64,000 nt of DNA from an uncultured Cytophagales bacterium (GTDB lineage Bacteria > Bacteroidota > Bacteroidia > Cytophagales > Cyclobacteriaceae): positions 50,934 to 114,933 of the forward strand of contig CALOAV010000030.1 in assembly GCA_942491425.1 (NCBI GenBank), written 5' to 3'. Under the pieces are notes generated by a model, which had not been told where the DNA came from, ran no database searches, and saw only the letters and a list, made by a program, of their open reading frames with translations. This document shows positions 31,206 to 40,871 of this stretch, piece after piece. Position numbers and translations under genes: made by a program. Numbering within the stretch: the stretch's first letter is position 1; each line of letters opens with the position of its first letter.

Positions 31206-32795
31206 TTATTTACCCTTTTCAGGGGCACCTTTGATATCCCCGGTGGGTGGCTCTTTTTTGGTCTTTGGTGACGGAGCAGGATTTGCTGCCGATCCTTCCT
31301 TCCCTAAATAGGATGGCAACTCAAGGCCTGCCATTTTAAATACCTCCTGTAGTGGAGGAACGGACTGATACATTCCTGATAAGAAATTAGCGGTGGAAGT
31401 CTTTCCATCTTTTCCGGTGCCTCCATCCCACACGGTAATCTTATCAACCTTAATATTTTTAATTGCCTCAGATTGTAGTTTCACAAGCTCCGGCAACTTA
31501 TCAGCAATGATAAGGAGAGCTGCATCCTGAGAACTGTTGCCTGCGGCACTAACAATTTGCTTGAGACCTTCAGCCTGTTTGGTCAAGACTTCAAAGATAC
31601 CTTGTGCTTCAGCCTGCTTGCGCATCAGAATTGCATCCGCTTCACCACGTGCTATCCTTCTGGTTACTTCTGCTTCTGCTTCTGCTTCAATCTCTATTCT
31701 CTCTTTTGCGATCTTCGCCGGAATAATCACGTTTGCATTTTGGGTAGCGTTATCACGCTCTGCACGTACATTTTCAGCAGTACGCTCTGCAGAATATGCT
31801 TCTTCCAATGCTTTAGCCTGTTTTACCTTTTCTGCCGCGATGGCTTTACGCAAGGCTTCAGCTTCCTTCTCCCTACGTTCTGCTTCTGAATTGGCGATAT
31901 CAATTTTCGCTTTGTTCTCCCCTTCAACAGCGCGGGCATTCGCTTCCGATACCGAGACACGTTCAGAGCGATCGGCATCGGCTGCTCCTATATTGGCTTT
32001 TGCCTGCGCTTCTGCTTCCCCGATTTGCGCAAAGGAATCTGCACTGGCTACCTGTACCCTTTCTTTCTGCATCGCAGCGGCCTCCCCTACTTTCGCATCC
32101 GCATTGGCATCAGCTACCCGTACACGCTGATCCTGATGGGCAATCGCTTCTCCAATCGCACCATCACGATTTTTCTCTGCCACCATTTTCTTGGCGTCGT
32201 TGATCGCCTTGGATGCTGCTTCTTTTCCCAATGCTTCTATATAACCCGACTCATCTTTAATATCGGTTACGTTCACGTTGATCAGTTTTAATCCAATCTT
32301 CTTTAATTCAGCCTCCACGTTGGAAGCAACATTCGAAAGAAATTTATCGCGGTTGCTGTTGATCTCTTCAATGTCCATCATAGCGACAACCAAACGCAAT
32401 TGACCGAAGATGATATCTTTTGCCAAATCATGGATACTGTCTTTTGCCTGGCCCAATAAACGTTCAGCTGCATTTTCCATCACACCTGGTTCCGTTGAAA
32501 TACCAACGGTGAAACGTGATGGTACATCCACACGAATATTCTGTTTACTCAGTGCGTTGGTCAGGTTGACTTCAATGGAAATAGGAGTTAGATCAAGGAA
32601 AGCATAATCCTGAAAGACGGGCAGTACAAAGGCAGCTCCACCATGAATACAACGTGCAGACTCGCCACCAACTTTTCCGTACACCACCAGCACACGATCG
32701 GAAGGACATCGTTTGTACCTTCTCAGGAAGGTCACAATAATAATGAACACAAAAAGCGCTACCAGAACGAGAACGGGTAATGTATATAAGCTCAT
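31206..32795 (-). CDS. Flotillin-family SPFH/band-7 protein (YqiK-like)
   Basis: N-terminal TM; SPFH domain; long Ala/Glu-rich coiled coil (AEAEAE); Pro/Lys-rich tail. Confidence 0.85.
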   Translation of the reverse strand: MSLYTLPVLVLVALFVFIIIVTFLRRYKRCPSDRVLVVYGKVGGESARCIHGGAAFVLPVFQDYAFLDLTPISIEVNLTNALSKQNIRVDVPSRFTVGISTEPGVMENAAERLLGQAKDSIHDLAKDIIFGQLRLVVAMMDIEEINSNRDKFLSNVASNVEAELKKIGLKLINVNVTDIKDESGYIEALGKEAASKAINDAKKMVAEKNRDGAIGEAIAHQDQRVRVADANADAKVGEAAAMQKERVQVASADSFAQIGEAEAQAKANIGAADADRSERVSVSEANARAVEGENKAKIDIANSEAERREKEAEALRKAIAAEKVKQAKALEEAYSAERTAENVRAERDNATQNANVIIPAKIAKERIEIEAEAEAEVTRRIARGEADAILMRKQAEAQGIFEVLTKQAEGLKQIVSAAGNSSQDAALLIIADKLPELVKLQSEAIKNIKVDKITVWDGGTGKDGKTSTANFLSGMYQSVPPLQEVFKMAGLELPSYLGKEGSAANPAPSPKTKKEPPTGDIKGAPEKGK

Positions 32796-32801
32796 AAAAT
32801 T

Positions 32802-33377
32802 TTATTTAGCAGTAACTAATAGGATGTTGTCATTTATAATATTGGAAACGGTTATCACCTTTCCGGTAGGAATGTCCTCTTCATCATCGGTCAGTGCCTC
32901 CAGTGTGCGCATGGACCCCTGAACCTTTATTTGCACCTTGCCAATGTTACCACGTTTCGCCTGAAGGCCAAGATAAACTTCACCCACCTGACCCAAGGCA
33001 TTTTTCATTTTTAATGTTCCACTGACATTGGTTTTCATTATGAAATACATCATGGTGGCCATCAATGCCATCATGGCCAATCCTGCCAACAACGAAATGA
33101 ACAGGGAAACACCAGTTGATAATCCAGAATCAATACAAGCAATACCTGTCCAGGAGAAAATGGTGAAAAAGGCCACCATATTCTTAAGTGTGAAAAACTG
33201 AAAGGCAACGCCTGAATCAGCTTCTACCTCGGCATCGGGTGTATCATCAGCGACATCACCGGCAATAAAAGTCAGGATTAACTGAAGGATAAAAAAGAGG
33301 GTGAAAGGAATGGCGAGACCCCAGTAGATTTTCAAAATCAAACTAAGTCCTTCCCACCAGGAACTAAAATCGCTCAT
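32802..33377 (-). CDS. NfeD-family membrane protein (YqiJ-like partner of flotillin)
   Basis: Multi-TM N-terminus plus C-terminal OB-fold-like soluble domain; immediately upstream of, and co-oriented with, the flotillin gene. Confidence 0.7.
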   Translation of the reverse strand: MSDFSSWWEGLSLILKIYWGLAIPFTLFFILQLILTFIAGDVADDTPDAEVEADSGVAFQFFTLKNMVAFFTIFSWTGIACIDSGLSTGVSLFISLLAGLAMMALMATMMYFIMKTNVSGTLKMKNALGQVGEVYLGLQAKRGNIGKVQIKVQGSMRTLEALTDDEEDIPTGKVITVSNIINDNILLVTAK

Positions 33378-33442
33378 AACTTTAAATAAGAATTACCTGC
33401 TCAAAGTAAAGGTTAATTTCTTTATTCGCAATAGGGGAAATG

Positions 33443-33517
33443 TATTTCGAAAAATAATACGATGCGGTTAATTCCTAAAACCGCAAAGACGCAAAGACGC
33501 TATGAAATCGTATTATT
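33443..33517 (-). terminator. Rho-independent terminator for xth (11-bp perfect inverted repeat aataatacgat/atcgtattatt enclosing a 5-bp inner hairpin, T-run on the minus strand)
   Basis: Read directly; located just 3' of the xth stop on the minus strand. Confidence 0.6.
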
Positions 33518-33520
33518 TTG

Positions 33521-34288
33521 TTAGGCTTCCAGCCGTATTCCCACCGGACAGTGATCAGAGCCAAAATAGTCGTTATACACTTCAGCTTCTGTTACTTTTT
33601 CAAGGATAGACTCCGGTACCAGGAAATAATCGATTCGCCAGCCCACATTCCGGTCACGGGCAAAAAACTTATAATTCCAGTAACTATATTTTATTTCTTC
33701 GGGATGGAGTTTCCGAAAGGTATCCACCATACCTGCCTCCAGATAGGCTTTAAATCCATCGATTTCTCGTTGTGTGTACCCGGCAGATTTATCGTAATTC
33801 TCTTTGGCACGTGCAATATCAATTTCCTCATGCGCCACATTTAAATCACCACACAAAATCACGGGCTTGGTTTCCATAAGTTTTTTGATGTGCTGAAGAA
33901 ATGTCTGATCCCAGGTTTCACGATAATCCAGTCGTGCTAAACCTTCACCGGAATTAGGGGTATAGACCACCACCACATAAAATTCTTTGAATTCTGCTGC
34001 AATGACCCGACCCTCCTGATCATGTTCCTCAATCCCCATATCATAAATAACATTCAGCGGCTCCGTTTTGGATAGAATGGCCGTACCGGAATACCCTTTT
34101 CGTGCTTTGGAAGAATTGACATACACTTTGTAATCAGAAAGCAGCTCCAGGGCTGTTTTCGTCTCCTCACTGGCGGCTTTTGTTTCCTGCAGACAAAGGA
34201 TATCGGGATTAAGGGTTTTAATATTTTTTAGAAAGTCCTTTTTAATGATGGCGCGGATGCCGTTTACGTTCCAGGAGACCAGATGCAT
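33521..34288 (-). CDS. xth: Exodeoxyribonuclease III (AP endonuclease)
   Basis: 255 aa; N-terminal SWNVNGIRA; canonical EEP-nuclease motifs; C-terminal SDHCPV. Confidence 0.95.
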   Translation of the reverse strand: MHLVSWNVNGIRAIIKKDFLKNIKTLNPDILCLQETKAASEETKTALELLSDYKVYVNSSKARKGYSGTAILSKTEPLNVIYDMGIEEHDQEGRVIAAEFKEFYVVVVYTPNSGEGLARLDYRETWDQTFLQHIKKLMETKPVILCGDLNVAHEEIDIARAKENYDKSAGYTQREIDGFKAYLEAGMVDTFRKLHPEEIKYSYWNYKFFARDRNVGWRIDYFLVPESILEKVTEAEVYNDYFGSDHCPVGIRLEA

Positions 34289-34338
34289 GCTATTCTTATA
34301 TATTTACGTTCAACAATTGCTAAGAAGGGTACAAAGAA

Positions 34339-34376
34339 ACAAAAAAGCCCTCCGACGGCAAGTCAGAAGGCTTTTG
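34339..34376 (-). terminator. Rho-independent terminator downstream of a small basic ORF
   Basis: Minus strand: aagccttctgacttgccgtcggagggcttttttgtttc. Confidence 0.55.
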
Positions 34377-34397
34377 ATATGATTTAACCAAACTGAT

Positions 34398-34549
34398 TAT
34401 TTACCAGCGGCTTTAAACTCTTCTTTGATCTTCTCAATATCAACATTCTTAATCACCGGCTTAGCACCCTGAATTTGCATGTGCAGCTTTCTAACTTTTG
34501 ATTTAGAACGGTCTTTGCGAAGTTTTCTCTTAATACGGGTTACACTCAT
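34398..34549 (-). CDS. Small basic protein (50 aa), hypothetical
   Basis: ATG..TAA ORF below the 60-aa track cutoff (MSVTRIKRKLRKDRSKSKVRKLHMQIQGAKPVIKNVDIEKIKEEFKAAGK); has its own terminator; very basic N-terminus. Confidence 0.35.
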
Positions 34550-34619
34550 GACTCTTATTTTAGGAGTGCAAAAGTAAACGGTTTCTTCCGCTTTGGCAAC
34601 CCCTTTCTCTAATTATTCA

Positions 34620-35140
34620 TCCGGAATTGAACCATTAACAACGACCCAGAGTCAAAAATCGGTAATTAAACTCCCGATTCTGGTTCGTGGAGTTAAGGAT
34701 CATGGAAGAGGGTTTGGGCTCCTGATTCTGGTTCGTGGAGACACGAACCATGGCAGAAAGGGCAGAAAGGATCATAGAAGAAGGTCTGGGCAGGGATTTT
34801 GGTTCGTGGAGACACGAACCATGGCAGAGAATGAACCAGAGTCAAAATCGGTAATTGGCTCCCGATCTGGTTCGTGGAGTTAAGGATCATAGAAGAGGGT
34901 TTGGGCTCCTGATTCTGGTTCGTGGAGACACGAACCATGGCAGAAAGGATCATAGAAGAAGGTCTGGGCAGGATTTTGGTTCGTGGAGACACGAACCATG
35001 GCAGAGAATGAACCAGAGTCAAAATCGGTAATTGGCTCCCGATCTGGTTCGTGGAGTTAAGGATCATAGAAGAGGGTTTGGGCTCCTGATTCTGGTTCGT
35101 GGAGACACGAACCATGGCACCATGGAAGAAGGTCTGTAAG
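34620..35140. repeat. Higher-order tandem repeat family A (about 180-bp units x3, built from about 60-bp subunits). Each subunit carries hairpin GGTTCGTG-GAGA-CACGAACC followed by ATGG (five full and three truncated copies)
   Basis: Read directly; perfect 8-bp stem, GAGA (GNRA-type) loop, CCATGG adjacent. The 'spacers' between hairpins themselves repeat, so this is not CRISPR. Confidence 0.9.
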
Positions 35141-35700
35141 GATACAGAATGCACGGGTCGGGACCAATTTGGGTGCGAAACCCACGGTCAGTGTCTTCAA
35201 AGACCATCATCACCTTCCAATTCTATCCCTATTCATGACCGTGTCATTAAAGATCATCATTCATTAACCCGGCAAATAGCCAATTTGGAAGCGAATCCAT
35301 GGTCTGTGTCTTCACAGACCATCATCACTTAACAATTCTACCCTATTCATGACTGTGTCATTACAGACCATCATTCATTAACCCGGCAATAGCCAATTTG
35401 GAAGGCGAATCCATGGTCTGTGTCTTCACAGACCATCATCACTTAACAATTCTACCCTATTCATGACTGTGTCATTACAGACCATCATTCATTAACCCGG
35501 CAATAGCCAATTTGGAAGCGAATCCATGGTCTGTGTCTTCACAGACCTTCATCACTTACCAATTCTATCCCTATTCATAACCGTGTCATTAAAGATCATC
35601 ATTCATTAACCCGGCAATAGCCAATTTGGAAGCGAATCCATGGTCTGTTTCTTCACAGACCTTCATCACTTACCGCTCAAAAAGCCAATTTTGAGCCGAA
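35140..35700. repeat. Higher-order tandem repeat family B (about 120-bp units x about 4.5, built from about 60-bp subunits) carrying CCATGG plus hairpin GGTCTGTG-TCTT-CACAGACC
   Basis: Read directly. The hairpin is the inverted-orientation counterpart of the family A hairpin, with compensatory stem changes (tc/ga versus ct/ag). Ends about 40 bp before the hisS start. Confidence 0.9.
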
Positions 35701-35741
35701 ATAATGCCAATACCCAAAATGATAATTAGCTTTGCTCCAAT

Positions 35742-37106
35742 ATGGAAAAACCCACCTTACCAAAAGGAACCCGCGATTTTGGACCGGCAGTTATGGCTAA
35801 ACGCCAATTTATCCTGAATACTATCCGATCTGTTTTCCGAAAATATGGTTTTCAGCCGCTGGAAACCCCTGCAATGGAGAATCTTACTACCCTAACGGGA
35901 AAATACGGGGATGAGGGCGATCAACTACTTTTTAAGGTTCTGAATTCAGGTGATTACCTGAAAAAAGCTGACGAAAAAGCGCTTGCCACAAAGGATTCTA
36001 AAAAACTAACGCCGGAAATCTCCGAAAAAGGACTGCGCTATGATCTTACCGTTCCCTTCGCCCGGTTCGTAGTGATGAACCGCAACGATATTGCTTTTCC
36101 ATTTAAACGCTACCAGATCCAACCCGTATGGCGTGCCGATCGACCCCAAAAAGGACGCTACCGCGAATTCTATCAATGCGATGCAGATGTGGTGGGTACA
36201 AAAAGTCTGATCTGCGAAGCGGAAATTATTTTGATGATCAAAGAAGTCATGAAAGGATTGAACTTTTCTGACTACACCATCAAAATCAACCACCGTGGTG
36301 TACTGATGGGATTGGCAGAAATCCTGAATGCAAAAGGAAAAGAAAGCGATCTATTTGTTGCGATTGATAAACTCGACAAAGCAGGAAAAGATAAAGTAAA
36401 AGAGGAACTGGAAGGAAAAGGGTTTTCTGCTGATCAGGTTGAAAAACTTTATACCTTCCTTATCCCAAAAGGATCAAACACTACCACACTGGAATATTTA
36501 AAAAATTCATTTGCGAAGACAACAGAGGGATTAAAAGGATCCGGTGATTTAATGGATGTTTTTTCTCTACTCAAAAATTATAATGCATCAGATGAAAATG
36601 TTGAACTCGATTTGTCATTAGCCCGCGGACTTAGCTATTATACAGGATGTATTTTCGAAGTGAAAATCAATAACGTCGGTATTGGTTCGGTCAGCGGTGG
36701 CGGACGGTATGATGACTTAACCGGTAATTTTGGTTTACCGGATGTATCGGGGGTTGGGTTTTCTTTCGGAGTAGACCGGTTGTACGATGCCCTTGAAGAA
36801 CTCAACAAGTTTCCAAAAGAAGCGACCATTACCTCCACCCTGTTACTTTGTCATTTTGACGAAGCCAGTTTCCACTATGGATTAAGTGTCCTTTCGAACG
36901 TGCGGGAGGCGGGCATCGCAGCAGAGATTTATCCCGATCAGGCCAAACTCAAAAAACAACTTGATTTTGGGAATAAAAAACAAATCCCGTTTACTGTGGT
37001 GATTGGCTCCGATGAAATGAAATCGGGTAAACTTGTTTTGAAGAGTATGGAAACCGGTGAACAGCAAACGCTTACCCTGGAATCACTCATTACTAAACTA
37101 CGCTAA
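35742..37106 (+). CDS. hisS: Histidine--tRNA ligase
   Basis: 454 aa; class II aminoacyl-tRNA synthetase motifs; typical HisRS N-terminus KGTRDF; C-terminal anticodon-binding domain. Confidence 0.95.
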   Translation: MEKPTLPKGTRDFGPAVMAKRQFILNTIRSVFRKYGFQPLETPAMENLTTLTGKYGDEGDQLLFKVLNSGDYLKKADEKALATKDSKKLTPEISEKGLRYDLTVPFARFVVMNRNDIAFPFKRYQIQPVWRADRPQKGRYREFYQCDADVVGTKSLICEAEIILMIKEVMKGLNFSDYTIKINHRGVLMGLAEILNAKGKESDLFVAIDKLDKAGKDKVKEELEGKGFSADQVEKLYTFLIPKGSNTTTLEYLKNSFAKTTEGLKGSGDLMDVFSLLKNYNASDENVELDLSLARGLSYYTGCIFEVKINNVGIGSVSGGGRYDDLTGNFGLPDVSGVGFSFGVDRLYDALEELNKFPKEATITSTLLLCHFDEASFHYGLSVLSNVREAGIAAEIYPDQAKLKKQLDFGNKKQIPFTVVIGSDEMKSGKLVLKSMETGEQQTLTLESLITKLR

Positions 37107-37110
37107 ACGA

Positions 37111-38603
37111 ATGGTTCATTCCATCTCCAATAAAAAAATTGAACTGACCGATCTGCAAGCGCTCTTGCAACAAAATATCACGTTGGAACTTTCACCTTCA
37201 GCGAAAGAAAAAATTACAAATTGCCGGGCGTATCTCGATACCAAACTAAAGGAAGCCACCAGACCTATTTACGGAATCAACACAGGTTTCGGTTCCCTAT
37301 ATGGACAAAACATTTCCAATGATAATCTTGAAAAACTTCAGGAAAATTTAGTGAAGTCGCACGCCTGTGGAACCGGACCCGAAATTCCGGAAGACCTGGT
37401 GCGAATCATGCTTTTCTTAAAAGTGCAATCACTGGCATACGGAAATTCCGGCGTACAATTGGAAACGGTTCAGCGACTTGTTGATATGTTTAATAACCAT
37501 GTATCTCCTGTCGTTTATGAAATGGGTTCGCTCGGTGCTTCAGGAGATCTGGCTCCACTTGCGCATTTATCGTTACCACTCATTGGTCTAGGGGAAGTCA
37601 ACTCACAATCAGCAAAAGATTGTCAGGAGCTGATATTAATCAGAAATTACAATGGGAATCCATCCATTTAAAAGCTAAAGAAGGATTGGCTTTATTGAAT
37701 GTAACACAATTCATGAGCGCATATGGTACCTGGTGCGTATACCATTCCCACCGGCTGCTCAAACTTTCCAGTCTGATCGGTGCACTTTCACTGGATGTTT
37801 TTGATGGTCGTATTGAACCCTTTCTTCCACAGGTGCATGCCATCCGCCCACATTCCGGACAAGGAAAAATCGCGGCAGCTATTAAAGCCATTTTATCGGA
37901 CAGTGAATTAATCAATCAATCTAAAAAACATGTGCAGGATCCCTACTCTTTCCGGTGCATGCCCCAGGTACATGGTGCCAGTTTAGATGCAGTGGAGTAT
38001 GTCACGCAGGTTTTTATCACCGAGATCAATAGTGTAACGGATAACCCCAACGTTTTTCCGGAAGAAGATATGATTATATCCGCCGGAAATTTTCATGGCC
38101 AGCCACTTGCCCTGGCGCTGGACTTTTTAAGCATTGCAATAGCTGAATTGGGTAGTATTTCTGAACGGCGCACGTATCAATTAATCTCAGGTTCGCGCGA
38201 TTTACCCAATTACCTTGTTGCCAATCCTGGTATCAATTCAGGATTGATGATACCGCAATACACGGCTGCTTCGCTGGTGAGTCAGAACAAGCAACTTTGT
38301 TCGCCTGCTTCTATTGATTCGATTGTCTCTTCCAATGGACAAGAAGATCATGTGAGCATGGGTGCCAATGCGGCAACAAAAACGTATCGGATTATTAAAA
38401 ATTTATATTCCATTCTGGCGATTGAGTTGTTAACCGCATCGCAAGGGCTTGAATTCAGAAGGCCGGTAAAAACGTCGCCTCAATTGGAAACTTTTGTGAA
38501 TACTTTCAGGACGGTTATTCCGTTTATTGAGGAAGACCGGGTATTGCATGAAGATATGATGAAAGCTGAGAAATTCTTACAAGCGATTGAACTAGAAGCA
38601 TGA
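37111..38603 (+). pseudogene. hutH: Histidine ammonia-lyase, reading frame broken by two single-nucleotide insertions in A-runs around 37640-37675 (possibly sequencing error)
   Basis: ORFs 37057-37671 and 37620-38603 together cover a full HAL; the MIO-forming ASGDLAPLAHL motif is present. Removing one A from cagaaatt and one from tttaaaag restores LILIEITMGIHPFKAKEGLALLN, matching the expected 25-residue spacing between GEV and KEGL. Confidence 0.8.
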
Positions 38604-40489
38604 GGCTTTTCAAAATCTGGATAAGCATATTATTTTTTCTACCTGTACTTGTACAGGCACAACCTTACCTAAGTAAGAACGGAAGATTTCAGCTTGCGGA
38701 AAAGAGCGGCTGTGCTCCATTCTCCGTTTCGGTAACGGTACTCGCACCCAATCTGTGTAATGGAGCAAATCCCTGTGCCGTTGATTTTGAGGGTACGCTA
38801 AACTTTCAAGCCCTGGTTGTGAACCACACCTACACAACCCCCGGGAATTACTGGTTAGTCGTTTTGTTTCAGGGATCGGTATTGGATAGTCTGCAAATAC
38901 AAGTGTTCAATAATGTAGCACCAACGTTTGAACTCTATACCTGTAGTCTAAACCAGGTACAGGTAAACATCACCGACACGAATTATCAACAATATGTAAT
39001 TGATTATAATGATGGATCGCCAGTTGTGGTCGTCCCATCAGGGTCCCTGGCTAAAGATACCCATGCCTTTGCAACACCAGGGAACAAAAACATTTCGGTT
39101 CGGGGTCGAAATGTTAATGCTGCGGATAATTGCAATTTGAGCACCCAGCCATTTTTGGCCCAGGCGGTATTACCTCCGCTAACTATTGATTTGCTTACCG
39201 TTTTAAGTAGCACGGAAATACAACTTGATTTCACCGGTCAGGCAAATGTGCTCTATCGACTTGAGATCTCAAACAACAGTCCTTCCACTTTTCAGTTTGT
39301 CAGGAGTCTTTATAACATTTCAACTACCACAATTACCGGATTACAAACGGATAGCCGGTACTATTGTTTTCGTATCGCTGCCTTTGATCCGTGTAACGGA
39401 ACCACCGCGTATTCGAATACGATTTGCAGTGCAGATTTTGATCTTACTTTACAGAATAATAACAATCGGCTTACATGGGCTACTTCCAATGCAGGGGTAA
39501 CCGATTACAGTTTGAATCGGGATGCTGCTCCCTTCGCAAATGTACCCGCGGCAAATACAAATTATGATGACGGAAACGTGGTGTGTAATACCGATTATTG
39601 CTATCAGCTTATTCATAATTATGGAAACGGGAGTCGGAGTATTTCCCTTTCAAAATGTGGTACAGCATTTTCATCAGATGTTCCAACACCTCCAGCCAAC
39701 ATCACCGCACAGGTAACAGGTGGTGGTGTAGACCTTTTATGGACACAGGATCCTGCATTCACCGCCAGTGAGTATACAATTTTCAGAGGGGTAAGCGGAA
39801 ACCCTTTTAGTATTGTTGGTACAACAGCGGTTCAGAGTTTCACAGATGCAGCCTACACTACCGGGGGAAATTTCTGCTACCGGATTACCTACCGGGATGT
39901 CTGTAATAGTACGAGTCCTCCGGGTTCGGATACTTGCCCGATTCGTTTATCCGGAAACTTGCAGTCAGACAATTCCATCAACTTAAGCTGGTCGGATTAT
40001 ACCGGCTGGGAAAATGGTGTATTGGAATATACGGTGGAAAAATATAATTCCAGTGGGAATTTACTTTCTACGACCACCGTAAATGGCACCACTTTCCTGG
40101 ATGATGTTGAAGATCTTACGAATCAGCAATACGTGTATATCGTTTATGCTACTGCCAATGATGGAGGATTGAGTCAATCTATTTCAAATACATTTACGAT
40201 AATTAAAGAGCCCAATCTGTTTTACCCTACAGCCTTCACACCCAATGGTGACAACCTCAACGACGAGTTTAAAGTCTTTGGGCAATTTATCAGCAGTATA
40301 GAAATGAAAATTTTTAATCGTTGGGGTGAACAACTGTATGGATCAAGTGATATTAACCTTGGGTGGGACGGCACGTATAAGGGAAATGACATGCCTGAAG
40401 GGACCTATGCGTTTGTTGCCGATATAACCGATTTTTCCGGACGCGAGTTCACCAGATCCGGCTCCGTTGTACTTCTTCGGAAAAAATAA
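38600..40489 (+). CDS. Secreted repeat protein with T9SS type-B (gliding-motility-associated) C-terminal sorting domain
   Basis: Signal peptide; multiple Ig/FN3-like beta-rich repeats; C-terminal LFYPTAFTPNGDNLNDEF...IFNRWGEQLY motif. Confidence 0.8.
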   Translation: MRLFKIWISILFFLPVLVQAQPYLSKNGRFQLAEKSGCAPFSVSVTVLAPNLCNGANPCAVDFEGTLNFQALVVNHTYTTPGNYWLVVLFQGSVLDSLQIQVFNNVAPTFELYTCSLNQVQVNITDTNYQQYVIDYNDGSPVVVVPSGSLAKDTHAFATPGNKNISVRGRNVNAADNCNLSTQPFLAQAVLPPLTIDLLTVLSSTEIQLDFTGQANVLYRLEISNNSPSTFQFVRSLYNISTTTITGLQTDSRYYCFRIAAFDPCNGTTAYSNTICSADFDLTLQNNNNRLTWATSNAGVTDYSLNRDAAPFANVPAANTNYDDGNVVCNTDYCYQLIHNYGNGSRSISLSKCGTAFSSDVPTPPANITAQVTGGGVDLLWTQDPAFTASEYTIFRGVSGNPFSIVGTTAVQSFTDAAYTTGGNFCYRITYRDVCNSTSPPGSDTCPIRLSGNLQSDNSINLSWSDYTGWENGVLEYTVEKYNSSGNLLSTTTVNGTTFLDDVEDLTNQQYVYIVYATANDGGLSQSISNTFTIIKEPNLFYPTAFTPNGDNLNDEFKVFGQFISSIEMKIFNRWGEQLYGSSDINLGWDGTYKGNDMPEGTYAFVADITDFSGREFTRSGSVVLLRKK

Positions 40490-40535
40490 GCAACTTTGTT
40501 CCTGAAAAAATAAATTACCAAATAATCAGAATGCT

Positions 40536-40871
40536 ATGTTTGATATGATGAAGATGATGGGGAAGATGAAGGAAGTACAAGCCCAATTAAAAAAAGCACA
40601 GGATAATCTCGTCAATATTAAAGCGGAAGGCGAATCAGGAGGAGGCATGGTCAAAACCGTAGTAAACGGAAAACGGCAGGTGATTTCTATTGATATCGAT
40701 CCATTGTTATTGAAACCGGAAGATAAAGTTATGCTTCAGGATTTAATTGTCGCCGCGGTAAATAAGGCTTCGGAAGATGCCGACATATTGGCAAAAGAAG
40801 AACTTCGGAAAAGTACGGAAGGCATGATCCCCAATATTCCCGGAATGGATTTAAGTGGCTTAATGGGATGA
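40536..40871 (+). CDS. ybaB: YbaB/EbfC-family nucleoid-associated protein
   Basis: 111 aa; characteristic MMGKMKEVQAQLKKAQDNL N-terminus. Confidence 0.9.
   Translation: MFDMMKMMGKMKEVQAQLKKAQDNLVNIKAEGESGGGMVKTVVNGKRQVISIDIDPLLLKPEDKVMLQDLIVAAVNKASEDADILAKEELRKSTEGMIPNIPGMDLSGLMG

Noticed and set aside
31537-32291. Ala/Ser-rich plus-strand ORFs opposite the flotillin gene
   Set aside because: These are antisense artefacts of the GC-rich AEAEAE-coding repeat in the flotillin gene. Flotillin on the minus strand has clear domain support.
34593-35332. ORF-track ORFs 34593-34883(+), 34693-35154(-) and 35099-35332(+) as genes
   Set aside because: They lie entirely within tandem repeats, their translations are low-complexity and repeat-periodic, and they have no start context. 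They are almost certainly not coding.
34620-35700. Possible CRISPR array (regularly spaced about 27-bp palindromic repeats)
   Set aside because: The intervening 'spacers' are themselves repeated (the whole 60-180-bp unit recurs), the repeats are strongly palindromic with different flanks, and no cas genes are in the window. This fits a higher-order tandem repeat or REP-like array, not CRISPR.
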